NCBI GenBank assembly: GCA_007128075.1
Contig: SKYD01000077.1
Coordinates: 1-29,022, forward strand
Direction: 5' to 3'
Source of the DNA: Thiorhodovibrio sp.
Lineage (GTDB): Bacteria; Pseudomonadota; Gammaproteobacteria; Chromatiales; Chromatiaceae
DNA length: 29,022 nucleotides
The position numbers were made by a program, and so were the translations under genes. The notes below the pieces were generated by a model. That model saw nothing but the letters and a program-made list of their open reading frames with translations. It made no database searches and was not told where the DNA came from. Of the stretch, positions 8,685-17,277 are shown one piece after another (within the stretch, counting starts at the first letter, position 1; each line of letters opens with the position of its first letter).

Positions 8685-8774
8685 TACTTACTAACCAATG
8701 AACTAAACCGTCTAAATATGATGGCGTAGGTCGGGCATCAAGGCGCGCTCAACGGATCGTTGTTGGACTGGAAA

Positions 8775-9317
8775 TTAACTGCGCTGATTTTTCTGTGGAT
8801 TGCGCAGCAGCACATAGAGTGCGCCAGTGCCGCCATCGTGACGCGGGGTGCTGCAAAACGCCAACACATCATCTTGTTGGCGTAACCAATGGTTGAGTTT
8901 GCCTTTTAACACTGGCTGCTGACCAGGTGAGCGTCCGCCTTTGCCGTGAATGATGCGGACACAACGGATTCTGTGCTCACGGCAATGGTTTAAAAATTCA
9001 CATAGCGTTTCATAAGCATAGGCACTGGTTAGCCCATGCAGGTCTAGCTCAAGCAGGGTGGGGATGCGACCGCGTTGCAGATCATACAACACTCGTTGTT
9101 GTAGCCCAGGGCGGCGATAGAGCAGATATTCAGGGATTTCTCGACCTGTCACATCTTGTTCCCAGGTGCTCTTGTCGCTATCGAGCTGTGGTTGGGGGCG
9201 CGGCTGTGGTGGCAGTTTACGGCGATATGGCTCAACAACATTGGATTGCAGTGGCTCAACATCGGCCATTTCGCTGTGAAAAAGTGCCACATCTGCATCG
9301 GCAAGCGTTTTTTTCAT
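8775..9317 (-). CDS. Smr-domain endonuclease (SmrA/YdaL-like)
   Basis: ELDLHGL, VRIIHGKG, PVLKGKLNHWL and GGTGALYVLL Smr motifs. Divergent from surE. Confidence 0.9.
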   Translation of the reverse strand: MKKTLADADVALFHSEMADVEPLQSNVVEPYRRKLPPQPRPQPQLDSDKSTWEQDVTGREIPEYLLYRRPGLQQRVLYDLQRGRIPTLLELDLHGLTSAYAYETLCEFLNHCREHRIRCVRIIHGKGGRSPGQQPVLKGKLNHWLRQQDDVLAFCSTPRHDGGTGALYVLLRNPQKNQRS

Positions 9318-9361
9318 CCAGCTATGATAAATTATTGGTTTGATAAGTGGCAGGTTGACGC

Positions 9362-10111
9362 ATGAATATTTTACTCACCAACGATGATGGCTATCTTGCC
9401 CCAGGGTTGCGGGTGCTGGCGGCTGAATTAGCCCGCCACGGTGAGGTCACTATTGTGGCACCAGATCGTGACCGCAGCGGTTCCAGCCATTCGTTAACGC
9501 TGAATGTGCCGATTCGTGCCGAGCAGCTTGAGGATCGTCTATATCGGGTTGCGGGAACTCCAACCGATTGTGTGCATTTAGCAATCACTGGCCTGTTGTC
9601 CCAGCCCCCCGATGTCGTGGTCTCTGGTATCAATCACGGGGCGAATCTAGGTGACGATGTACTTTATTCGGGCACTGTTGCCGCTGCCACCGAAGGGCGT
9701 TTTCTCGGCGTGCCAGCGTTGGCGATCTCACAGGTGGCGCATGAGCCGCAGCATCTGGCAACGGCTGCGCACATTGCCGGCTGTTTGGTTGCTGGGCTTG
9801 AGCAGGCCAAGCTAGATGGCGCGTTGATTCTCAATGTCAATGTTCCCGATCTGCCACTCAGCGCAGTGCGCGGTCTGCGTGCCACCCGGCTGGGCAATCG
9901 CCACAAATCAGAGCCAGTGATTGCAACGACTGATCCACGCGGGCGACCGATTTACTGGATCGGGGCAGCCGGTGCCGAACAAGACGCTGGCGATGGCACA
10001 GATTTTCACGCCGTGCGCGAGGGCTTGGTGTCGGTGACGCCATTGCAGGTCGATAGCACCCGCCATCGCGCCCTGGCTCCTCTTGGGCAGTGGCTACAAG
10101 ATTTGTACTAA
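9362..10111 (+). CDS. surE: 5'/3'-nucleotidase SurE
   Basis: [37 protein letters not shown]. Confidence 0.97.
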   Translation: MNILLTNDDGYLAPGLRVLAAELARHGEVTIVAPDRDRSGSSHSLTLNVPIRAEQLEDRLYRVAGTPTDCVHLAITGLLSQPPDVVVSGINHGANLGDDVLYSGTVAAATEGRFLGVPALAISQVAHEPQHLATAAHIAGCLVAGLEQAKLDGALILNVNVPDLPLSAVRGLRATRLGNRHKSEPVIATTDPRGRPIYWIGAAGAEQDAGDGTDFHAVREGLVSVTPLQVDSTRHRALAPLGQWLQDLY

Positions 10112-10116
10112 AAAAA

Positions 10117-10785
10117 ATGTGGCTCACGGCGACGAACGACGAAGGCAGCGGCATGACCTCGCAGCGCACCCGCGAGCGCTTGGTGCAACAATTAGCCGCC
10201 GCTGGAATTAAAAACCAGCAGGTGCTGGATGTGATGCGCCGGGTGCCACGCCATCTGTTTATTGATGAGGCACTGGCCAGTCGCGCCTATGATGATTCAG
10301 CGTTGCCGATTGGCCATGGCCAAACCATCTCGCATCCGTTGACGGTGGCGCGGATGACTGAGGCAGTGCTTGAGGGGCATGAGTGCTCGACAATTCTTGA
10401 GGTCGGCACCGGGTCTGGATTTCAAACCGCTGTGCTTGCGGCACTGGTGCGTCGCGTCTATAGCATCGAGCGACTTGAGGTGCTGGCACGCGAGGCCGCT
10501 CTGCGCTTGCGCTCCTTAAAATTGCGCAATGTTCGGCTACGCTATGGCGATGGGCACTATGGCTGGTCAGAATTCGCACCCTATGATGGTATCTTAGTGG
10601 CGGCGGCGGCCAGTGGCGTGCCGCGTCAGCTTGCCGATCAACTGGTTTGTGGTGGGCATTTGGTGTTACCAATTGACAACATCGATCATCAAATTTTGGT
10701 GCGGGTGACGCGCACTAGCAACGGATTTAAGCAGGAGGTGCTCGGGCCGGCCACCTTTGTGCCACTTGTCGGAGGAATTGGCTGA
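10117..10785 (+). CDS. pcm: Protein-L-isoaspartate O-methyltransferase
   Basis: VPRHLF, GQTISHP, LEVGTGSGFQ and YDGILVAAA. Follows surE. Start is 10117 or 10153. Confidence 0.95.
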   Translation: MWLTATNDEGSGMTSQRTRERLVQQLAAAGIKNQQVLDVMRRVPRHLFIDEALASRAYDDSALPIGHGQTISHPLTVARMTEAVLEGHECSTILEVGTGSGFQTAVLAALVRRVYSIERLEVLAREAALRLRSLKLRNVRLRYGDGHYGWSEFAPYDGILVAAAASGVPRQLADQLVCGGHLVLPIDNIDHQILVRVTRTSNGFKQEVLGPATFVPLVGGIG

Positions 10786-11366
10786 TGCGGTTATTTTTAC
10801 CATTCTATCAACGGGTGATGCAGTGGTCGCGGCATCGTCACGCACCCTGGTATCTAGGGGTGCTGAGTTTTGCCGACTCCTCCTTTTTTCCAATCCCGCC
10901 AGATGTGATGCTGGCACCGATGTGCCTGGCGCGCCCACCTCGGGCACTGTTTTTGGCACTGCTGACCACGCTGACCTCGGTGGCAGGCGGGGTGTTTGGC
11001 TATTTGATTGGCGCATTTGCTTTTGACATCATTGCCCCTTGGGTCAGCGACGGCGGCCACTATGCCGAGGCGTTTGAGCAGGCGCGGCTGTGGTTTGAGC
11101 AATGGGGATTGTGGGCGGTGTTGTTGGCGGGTTTTTCGCCGATTCCCTATAAAATTTTCACTGTCAGTGCTGGATTTCTTTCGATGTCGCTGCTGCCGTT
11201 TGTGCTGGCTTCAATCATCGGACGCGGGTCGCGGTTTTTTCTTGTCGCCATTTTGATGGCCTGGGGCGGACCAGCAATGGAAGAGCGGTTGCGGCATTGG
11301 GTCGATGGATTAGGCTGGCTGACGGTGGTGCTAATTGTCGTGCTGGTGGTGATATTGTATCTTTAG
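10785..11366 (+). CDS. yqaA: YqaA/DedA (VTT domain) membrane protein
   Basis: SFADSSFFPIPPDVMLAPM, GFSPIPYKIFT and GRGSRFFL. Confidence 0.9.
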   Translation: MRLFLPFYQRVMQWSRHRHAPWYLGVLSFADSSFFPIPPDVMLAPMCLARPPRALFLALLTTLTSVAGGVFGYLIGAFAFDIIAPWVSDGGHYAEAFEQARLWFEQWGLWAVLLAGFSPIPYKIFTVSAGFLSMSLLPFVLASIIGRGSRFFLVAILMAWGGPAMEERLRHWVDGLGWLTVVLIVVLVVILYL

Positions 11367-11376
11367 GATTGTGCTC

Positions 11377-12195
11377 ATGCGTGTTGGTCACCTGATTATT
11401 TATACTGTGGTGCTGTTATGGCTGGGCGGTTGTGCCGGTGGCTTTGCGCCGGTGGATTCGCGTGATGCTTTAGAACCAGCCCCCCCCGGCTTTCATCGGG
11501 TGCGCCCGGGCGACACGCTCTATGGCATTGCCCGTCGCTATCGAACCAATTGGCAACAACTGGCTGAATTAAACGCACTGCGCTCTCCCGATGCCATCTA
11601 TGCGGGATCCTTATTGCGGATTGATCCCGATGCCCCTGCACCAACGCCGCGCAGACGACCGCAAACCGCCGCCAGCGCCCAGCCGAGTGCCTCCCCGGCG
11701 ACGCGCCCGCAACCGAGCACACCCAGTACGCCACCGTCTCGACCCGCAACCCCAGCACCACCCGATCCACCTGCCACCGCTGCGGGGCGCATCCCTGGCG
11801 ATGTCACGCGCACTGTTGCCAACATTCAATGGCGTTGGCCAGTTGAGGGCACTGTCAGACAAACTTTTCGTGAGGGTGATCGCACCCGCCAAGGGCTGCG
11901 GATTGAGACCAGCGCTGGAACCATGGTGCGGGCAGCAGCAGCAGGGAGCGTGGTGTATAGCGGCAGCGGACTTAAAGGCTATGGCAACCTGATTATTGTC
12001 AAACACAGCAATGATTTTCTCAGTGCCTATGGCTTTAATCGGCGACTGATTGCCACCGAAGGCACCGAGGTCAGCAGCGGCCAGGTGCTTGCTGAGGTCG
12101 GGGAAGATGCCAAGGGGGATTATCTGCTGCATTTTGAGATTCGCCGCGAAGGCGTGGCAGTGGATCCACTGCGTTATCTGCCGGTGTTGCGTTAG
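11377..12195 (+). CDS. nlpD: LysM-M23 lipoprotein, NlpD/YgeR-like
   Basis: Lipobox LGGC, LysM (HRVRPGDTLYGIA), Pro-rich linker, and an M23 domain (WRWPVEG, GYGNLIIVKH, LHFEIRR). Confidence 0.85.
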   Translation: MRVGHLIIYTVVLLWLGGCAGGFAPVDSRDALEPAPPGFHRVRPGDTLYGIARRYRTNWQQLAELNALRSPDAIYAGSLLRIDPDAPAPTPRRRPQTAASAQPSASPATRPQPSTPSTPPSRPATPAPPDPPATAAGRIPGDVTRTVANIQWRWPVEGTVRQTFREGDRTRQGLRIETSAGTMVRAAAAGSVVYSGSGLKGYGNLIIVKHSNDFLSAYGFNRRLIATEGTEVSSGQVLAEVGEDAKGDYLLHFEIRREGVAVDPLRYLPVLR

Positions 12196-12247
12196 TGCGC
12201 GATCCTGCCCATTAGATGATCTGACTCAAGGAACACGAAAAATCAGA

Positions 12248-13519
12248 ATGATGAAATCAATTTCAGAAAATGTGTTATTGGTCGATGATAGCCGTTCACT
12301 CAGTCAATATCTGCAACAGCGCATCCAAGAGGTCACTGGGGTCAATGTGATCTGTGCTAACTCAATGGCGCAGGCACAACAGTTACTTACCGAGCATCCG
12401 GCGCATTTTTTAGTTGCTATCTTGGATTTGAATTTACCTGACGCGCCCAATGGTGAGATCATCGCTGAATTCAAACACACCGATATTCCAGTGATTGTGT
12501 TGACTGGATATCTTAGTGAACAGTTGCGTGAGCAATTATTAACCCAATCGCACATTATTGATTATGTCATTAAAAACAACCCCAGCGAGATTGGCTACAT
12601 TGCCAATCTGGTGCGGCGAATCCATCGCAACCATCAGATTAAAATTTTAATTGTTGATGACTCACGGAGCTTTCGCCTTTATTTGCAAGAATTATTGCAT
12701 ACCCACTGTTATCTGACTGTCGATGCCGCCAATGGCGAAGAAGCGTTGCAACAATTAAATGCCCATCGCGATATTCGTTTGGTGCTAACTGATTTTCACA
12801 TGCCAAAAATGAATGGCCAGGAGCTGATTACTGCCATTCGTCGTCAACATGACCGCAACCAGCTCGCCATTATTGGAATTTCTGATCAAGCAAGCCCGGT
12901 GACCTCAGTTAAACTGCTAAAAGCTGGGGCGAACGATTTTATTGCCAAACCATTTCTGACTGAAGAATTTTTTTGTCGAATTACTCAAAATATTGAAACA
13001 CTTGAATTTATTGACTTTTTCCGTGATTCAGCGATTCGTGATTTTTTAACCCAATTGCACAATCGCCGCTATCTATTTGAAGCCGGTATGGCGCACTACC
13101 AAAAAGCCGACCGAGGTGAGATTAAGCTGGCACTTGCCTTAATTGATATTGATTTTTTTAAAAAGGTCAATGATACGCACGGCCATTTAGCTGGTGATCA
13201 GGTGCTCAAAAAAGTCGCCCAAGCGTTGCACCAGCAGATGCAAGAGCAAGATATTTTAGTGCGTTATGATAGTGAAGAATTCTGTTTGCTGCTGCCAGGA
13301 GATACCCTCACTGAGGCCAAGCTTATGGCGCGACTCAATGCCCTCCGCGAGGCGGTGGCGGCATTGCAGGTGCCGCATCTTGATGGCGTGCTCAAGGTGA
13401 CAATTAGTATTGGGGCAACTTTTAAGCTTTGCGAATCGCTCTCGGCAATGATTGATGTTGCCGATGCCGCGCTGTATCAGGCCAAAGAATCAGGCCGCAA
13501 CTGTGTTCATTTGGGCTAG
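12248..13519 (+). CDS. REC-REC-GGDEF response regulator (PleD-like architecture) with degenerate DSEEF motif
   Basis: Two receiver domains (LLVDDS..ILDLNLP..YVIK; LIVDDS..LTDFHMP..IAKPF). GGDEF domain (DFLTQLHNRR, DIDFFKKVND, RYDSEEF). Start is 12248 or 12251. Confidence 0.9.
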   Translation: MMKSISENVLLVDDSRSLSQYLQQRIQEVTGVNVICANSMAQAQQLLTEHPAHFLVAILDLNLPDAPNGEIIAEFKHTDIPVIVLTGYLSEQLREQLLTQSHIIDYVIKNNPSEIGYIANLVRRIHRNHQIKILIVDDSRSFRLYLQELLHTHCYLTVDAANGEEALQQLNAHRDIRLVLTDFHMPKMNGQELITAIRRQHDRNQLAIIGISDQASPVTSVKLLKAGANDFIAKPFLTEEFFCRITQNIETLEFIDFFRDSAIRDFLTQLHNRRYLFEAGMAHYQKADRGEIKLALALIDIDFFKKVNDTHGHLAGDQVLKKVAQALHQQMQEQDILVRYDSEEFCLLLPGDTLTEAKLMARLNALREAVAALQVPHLDGVLKVTISIGATFKLCESLSAMIDVADAALYQAKESGRNCVHLG

Positions 13520-13554
13520 TGTTAAATACCAAAAATGATTGTTAATTTTAAACC

Positions 13555-14160
13555 ATGATCGGACGCATCCGTGGTGAAATTGTCCTCAAACAGCCGCCGC
13601 TGTTGCTGCTTGAGGTTCAGGGCATCGGCTATGAAATCGAGGCACCCTTATCGGTGTTTTACGATCTGCCGCCTGTCGGCGAGACTGTGACTTTAATCAC
13701 CCATCTGTTGATTCGTGACGATGCCCATGTGCTCTATGGTTTTCTTCACGAACGGGAGCGGGCACTGTTTCGCAATCTGCTGAAAGTCAGTGGTGTGGGA
13801 GCGCGCATGGCGCTGGCAATTCTCTCAGGAATGGATGCTCAGGGTTTTGCGCGCTGTGTTGAGCAAGAAGACTTGACCGCGCTCAAGCGGTTGCCTGGCA
13901 TTGGCCATAAGACCGCGCAGCGGCTGGTGGTGGAGATGCGTGATCGGCTGGCGCAGATTGCATCGAGCACCGGCGCGGTGGCAATCGATGGTCGCGGCAC
14001 TGCGGCACCGCCCGACGCGCTGAGCGAGGCGATCAGTGCTTTGATTGCATTGGGCTACAAACCTGCTGAGGCACAGCGCATGGCACGGTCAGTTGACCAT
14101 GACGGGCACAGCCCCGAGGCAATTATCCGCGCTGCCTTGCAAATCGCGGGGGCGCGCTAA
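13555..14160 (+). CDS. ruvA: Holliday junction branch migration protein RuvA
   Basis: MIGRIRG, VQGIGYEI, LYGF, LLKVSGVGARMAL, PGIGHKTAQRLVVEM and ALIALGY. Confidence 0.96.
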   Translation: MIGRIRGEIVLKQPPLLLLEVQGIGYEIEAPLSVFYDLPPVGETVTLITHLLIRDDAHVLYGFLHERERALFRNLLKVSGVGARMALAILSGMDAQGFARCVEQEDLTALKRLPGIGHKTAQRLVVEMRDRLAQIASSTGAVAIDGRGTAAPPDALSEAISALIALGYKPAEAQRMARSVDHDGHSPEAIIRAALQIAGAR

Positions 14161-14170
14161 GGTGTTGTTG

Positions 14171-14953
14171 ATGGATCAAACACGCAGTCAACAGTATTTG
14201 CAAGCAATCGGTGTGGTGCGCTGGCGGTCACGCTATGCGCCTGTTGCCGCTGTGCTGCCGCCAGTTAATCCCGCACCACTGAAGCCGCCCGCATCGCCTG
14301 AGCCGCCGCCAGCACCTGTCGCGCCCGATTCTCCCGCGCCAGTGCCTGAACTCGAGCCGCCATTGTCTACAGCCTGGGATTGGCCAACGCTACAAGCCAA
14401 GGTTGCTGACTGCCAGGCCTGTGCGCTGCGTGCCGGATGCAGTCAAACCGTGTTTGGAACTGGCAATCGTCAGGCGGAGCTGATGCTCATCGGTGAGGCA
14501 CCAGGGCAGGATGAAGATCGCCAAGGCGAGCCATTTGTCGGACGCGCTGGACAGTTGCTCAACCAGATGCTGGCTGCCATCGGGCATCAACGCGAGCAGG
14601 TGTATATCGGCAATATCATCAAATGTCGCCCGCCAGGCAACCGCGATCCTAAGCCAGAGGAGATCGCCTGTTGTCGGGGGTATATCGAACGGCAGATTGA
14701 GCTAGTGGCGCCCAAGGTGTTGTTGTGCTTAGGGCGCGTGGCAGCGCAGGCGTTATTAGCCAACAATGATCCCGTGGGGCGGCTGCGGGGGCAGTGGTAT
14801 TGTTACGGCGAACACCAGATTCCGCTGCGCGTGACCTATCATCCATCCTACTATCTGCGCACCCCAGCCCACAAGGCATTCGGCTGGCAAGATTTACAAC
14901 AGGTGATGCGCCAACTGCGCACGAAAACAGGCATCGATGTGGCTAAATCCTAA
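14171..14953 (+). CDS. Uracil-DNA glycosylase family 4 (4Fe-4S)
   Basis: [31 protein letters not shown] and TYHPSY. N-terminal peptide plus Pro-rich linker. Start ATG at 14171. Confidence 0.92.
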   Translation: MDQTRSQQYLQAIGVVRWRSRYAPVAAVLPPVNPAPLKPPASPEPPPAPVAPDSPAPVPELEPPLSTAWDWPTLQAKVADCQACALRAGCSQTVFGTGNRQAELMLIGEAPGQDEDRQGEPFVGRAGQLLNQMLAAIGHQREQVYIGNIIKCRPPGNRDPKPEEIACCRGYIERQIELVAPKVLLCLGRVAAQALLANNDPVGRLRGQWYCYGEHQIPLRVTYHPSYYLRTPAHKAFGWQDLQQVMRQLRTKTGIDVAKS

Positions 14954-15006
14954 GCCACCACTGTCGATTGAGGCGAGCGCCAACGCCATCATCGTCACTG
15001 CTATGA

Positions 15007-15036
15007 TTGACAGCAAGCGGTGTGACACAACACAAT
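15007..15036 (+). promoter_or_regulatory. Candidate sigma70 promoter for the symporter operon
   Basis: TTGACA at 15007-15012, 18-nt spacer, CACAAT at 15031-15036. Confidence 0.35.
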
Positions 15037-15108
15037 GATCGACCGCCCGTTCAGCGAAGCATCCTAAAAACAGCGGGCGTGGTATTTTCAACGAGAAGGA
15101 GGGACAAC

Positions 15109-15375
15109 ATGAGAGCTGAAATGACACCGGAAAAACGGAAGGAATATTGGAAGTCGAATTTACGGCTTCTCGCCGTTTTGCTGACGATTTGGTTCGTGGT
15201 TTCCTACGGGTTTAGTATTTTACTCGTCGAGCCGCTGAATCAGTTTTACCTTGGCGGTTATCCACTAGGGTTCTGGTTTGCCCAACAGGGGTCAATCTAT
15301 GTTTTTGTCGCGATCATTTTTGTCTATGCGGCAATGATGAACAAGCTCGACGAAAAATTTGATGTCGGCGAATAA
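15109..15375 (+). CDS. DUF4212 putative solute:sodium symporter small subunit
   Basis: YWKSNLRLL, IWFVVSYG and GYPLGFWFAQQGSIYVFV. Strong AAGGAGG RBS before the ATG at 15109. Confidence 0.92.
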   Translation: MRAEMTPEKRKEYWKSNLRLLAVLLTIWFVVSYGFSILLVEPLNQFYLGGYPLGFWFAQQGSIYVFVAIIFVYAAMMNKLDEKFDVGE

Positions 15376-15396
15376 TTTTTTGAGGATTCAACACCT

Positions 15397-17217
15397 ATGA
15401 CCCCACTTGATATCTGGACTTATGTGATCGTCGGCTCGACCTTCGCGCTCTATATTGGCATTGCCATCTGGGCGCGGGCTGGCTCGACAAGTGAATTTTA
15501 TGTCGCCGGTGGCGGCGTGCATCCCGTTGCCAATGGCATGGCAACGGGGGCTGACTGGATGTCAGCCGCTTCCTTTATCTCCATGGCGGGCATGATTGCC
15601 TTCAATGGCTATGGTGGCTCAGTGTTTCTAATGGGCTGGACTGGCGGCTATGTGTTGCTGGCGCTGTTGTTAGCCCCCTATTTGCGCAAATTCGGCAAAT
15701 TCACCGTGCCAGAGTTCATCGGTGATCGTTATTACTCGCAATCAGCGCGGGTGGTGGCCGTCATTTCGCTGCTTGTCGCTTCAATCGTCTATGTCATCGG
15801 TCAGATGACCGGCATTGGGGTGGCATTTGGACGCTTCCTTGGGGTGTCTTATGAGATGGGCATCTTTGCCGGTATGGGCATCGTTGCCGTCTATGCGATT
15901 CTCGGTGGTATGAAAGGCATTACCTACACCCAGATTGCCCAATACATAGTGCTGATTTTAGCCTACACCATCCCTGCCATCTTTATCTCCTTGCAACTGA
16001 CTGGCAACCCACTGCCCCAACTGGGTCTAGGTGCTGAGTATCGCCCCGATGGTGTGCCCAGCGGCATCTCATTGCTAGCAAAAATTGATCAGGTGGTCAC
16101 CGATCTTGGCTTCAAGGAATACACCACCAGCATGATGGGCAGCAAACTCAATATGTTTGCTTACACCATGTCGCTGATGATCGGCACCGCTGGTTTGCCA
16201 CATGTCATCATCCGCTTCTTCACCGTACCTAAGGTTGCTGATGCGCGTTATTCGGCTGGTTGGGCACTGGTGTTTATCGCCATTCTCTACACCACCGCGC
16301 CTGCAGTGGGGGCGATGGCACGGCTGAATCTGATGGAAACCATCCAGATTGGTCCAGTTGGCGAGGAAACGGGCAACCTACTCTATACCGAACGGCCTGA
16401 CTGGTTTGAGCGTTGGGAAGTCACCGGGCTGCTGCGTTTTGAGGACAAAAACAACGACGGACGCATCCAGTACTATGACGATACCAATCCTGAGTTTGCA
16501 GCGCGGGCGGCTGAATGGGGCTGGCAGGGCAACGAAATGGTGAGAGTTGATAACGACATCATGGTACTCGCCAATCCCGAGATTGCCAACCTGCCCAACT
16601 GGGTGATTGCTTTGACGGTTGCCGGTGGTCTGGCGGCTGCACTCTCAACTGCGGCGGGGTTGTTGTTGGCGATCTCGTCAGCGATCTCGCATGATTTGCT
16701 CAAAGGGGTGCTCAAACCGGATATTTCCGAAAAGCAAGAGCTTAATGCTGGACGCTGGTCGATGGTCGCAGCGATTGCACTGGCAGGTTATCTTGGTCTC
16801 CATCCACCAGGCTTTGCGGCGGGAACCGTTGCCTTGGCGTTTGGGTTGGCGGCATCATCGCTATTCCCGGCGTTGATGCTGGGTATCTTTGCCAAGCGGA
16901 TGAACAACACCGGTGCCATTGCCGGGATGATCACTGGTTTGATCATCACCCTGATTTATGTGTTCCAGCATCGGGGCATCATGTTCATTCCGGGCACCGC
17001 GTTCTTAGAGCCGCTGGGGATGTCGCCCAATTGGTTCTTTGGCATCACTCCTGAGGCCTTCGGCATGATTGGTGCGATTGCCAACTTTGCGGTTGCACTG
17101 GTTGTCTCCAAGTTCACGGCACCACCGCCAGAGCACATTCAGCATCTGGTTGAGGATGTCCGCGTTCCCCGTGGCTCAGGGCCAGCACCGCACCTTAGTG
17201 CTGCACTGGAACACTAA
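15397..17217 (+). CDS. Sodium:solute symporter (ActP-like / VC_2705 subfamily)
   Basis: FYVAGGG, NGMATGADWMSAASFISMAG, GWTGGY, APYLRKFGKFTVPEFIGDRY, GTAGLPHVIIRFFTVP and GLAAALSTAAGLLL. Confidence 0.95.
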   Translation: MTPLDIWTYVIVGSTFALYIGIAIWARAGSTSEFYVAGGGVHPVANGMATGADWMSAASFISMAGMIAFNGYGGSVFLMGWTGGYVLLALLLAPYLRKFGKFTVPEFIGDRYYSQSARVVAVISLLVASIVYVIGQMTGIGVAFGRFLGVSYEMGIFAGMGIVAVYAILGGMKGITYTQIAQYIVLILAYTIPAIFISLQLTGNPLPQLGLGAEYRPDGVPSGISLLAKIDQVVTDLGFKEYTTSMMGSKLNMFAYTMSLMIGTAGLPHVIIRFFTVPKVADARYSAGWALVFIAILYTTAPAVGAMARLNLMETIQIGPVGEETGNLLYTERPDWFERWEVTGLLRFEDKNNDGRIQYYDDTNPEFAARAAEWGWQGNEMVRVDNDIMVLANPEIANLPNWVIALTVAGGLAAALSTAAGLLLAISSAISHDLLKGVLKPDISEKQELNAGRWSMVAAIALAGYLGLHPPGFAAGTVALAFGLAASSLFPALMLGIFAKRMNNTGAIAGMITGLIITLIYVFQHRGIMFIPGTAFLEPLGMSPNWFFGITPEAFGMIGAIANFAVALVVSKFTAPPPEHIQHLVEDVRVPRGSGPAPHLSAALEH

Positions 17218-17236
17218 GTCCACTGCTTGAGATCAG

Positions 17237-17266
17237 GCCCCGCCCAGCGCGGGGCTATTTTTTTTT
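17237..17266 (+). terminator. Rho-independent terminator
   Basis: GCCCCGC-ccagc-GCGGGGC stem followed by TA and 9 T, just after the symporter stop. Confidence 0.85.
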
Positions 17267-17277
17267 GGAATATTTCC

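Noticed and set aside
8726-8760. GTAGGTCGGGCATCAAGGCG, a REP-like half element after smr
   Set aside because: The complementary arm is missing, so it is at most a decayed REP.
11591-12132. Overlapping alternative-frame ORFs over nlpD, and other shadow ORFs across the window
   Set aside because: Low-complexity, GC-driven open frames opposite or within well-supported genes, with no recognisable motifs.
12050-12247. N-terminal extension of the GGDEF ORF, and similar extensions at 14045, 15007, 17227, 7505 and 8641
   Set aside because: These overlap upstream genes or UTRs and lack domain similarity; downstream ATGs fit better.
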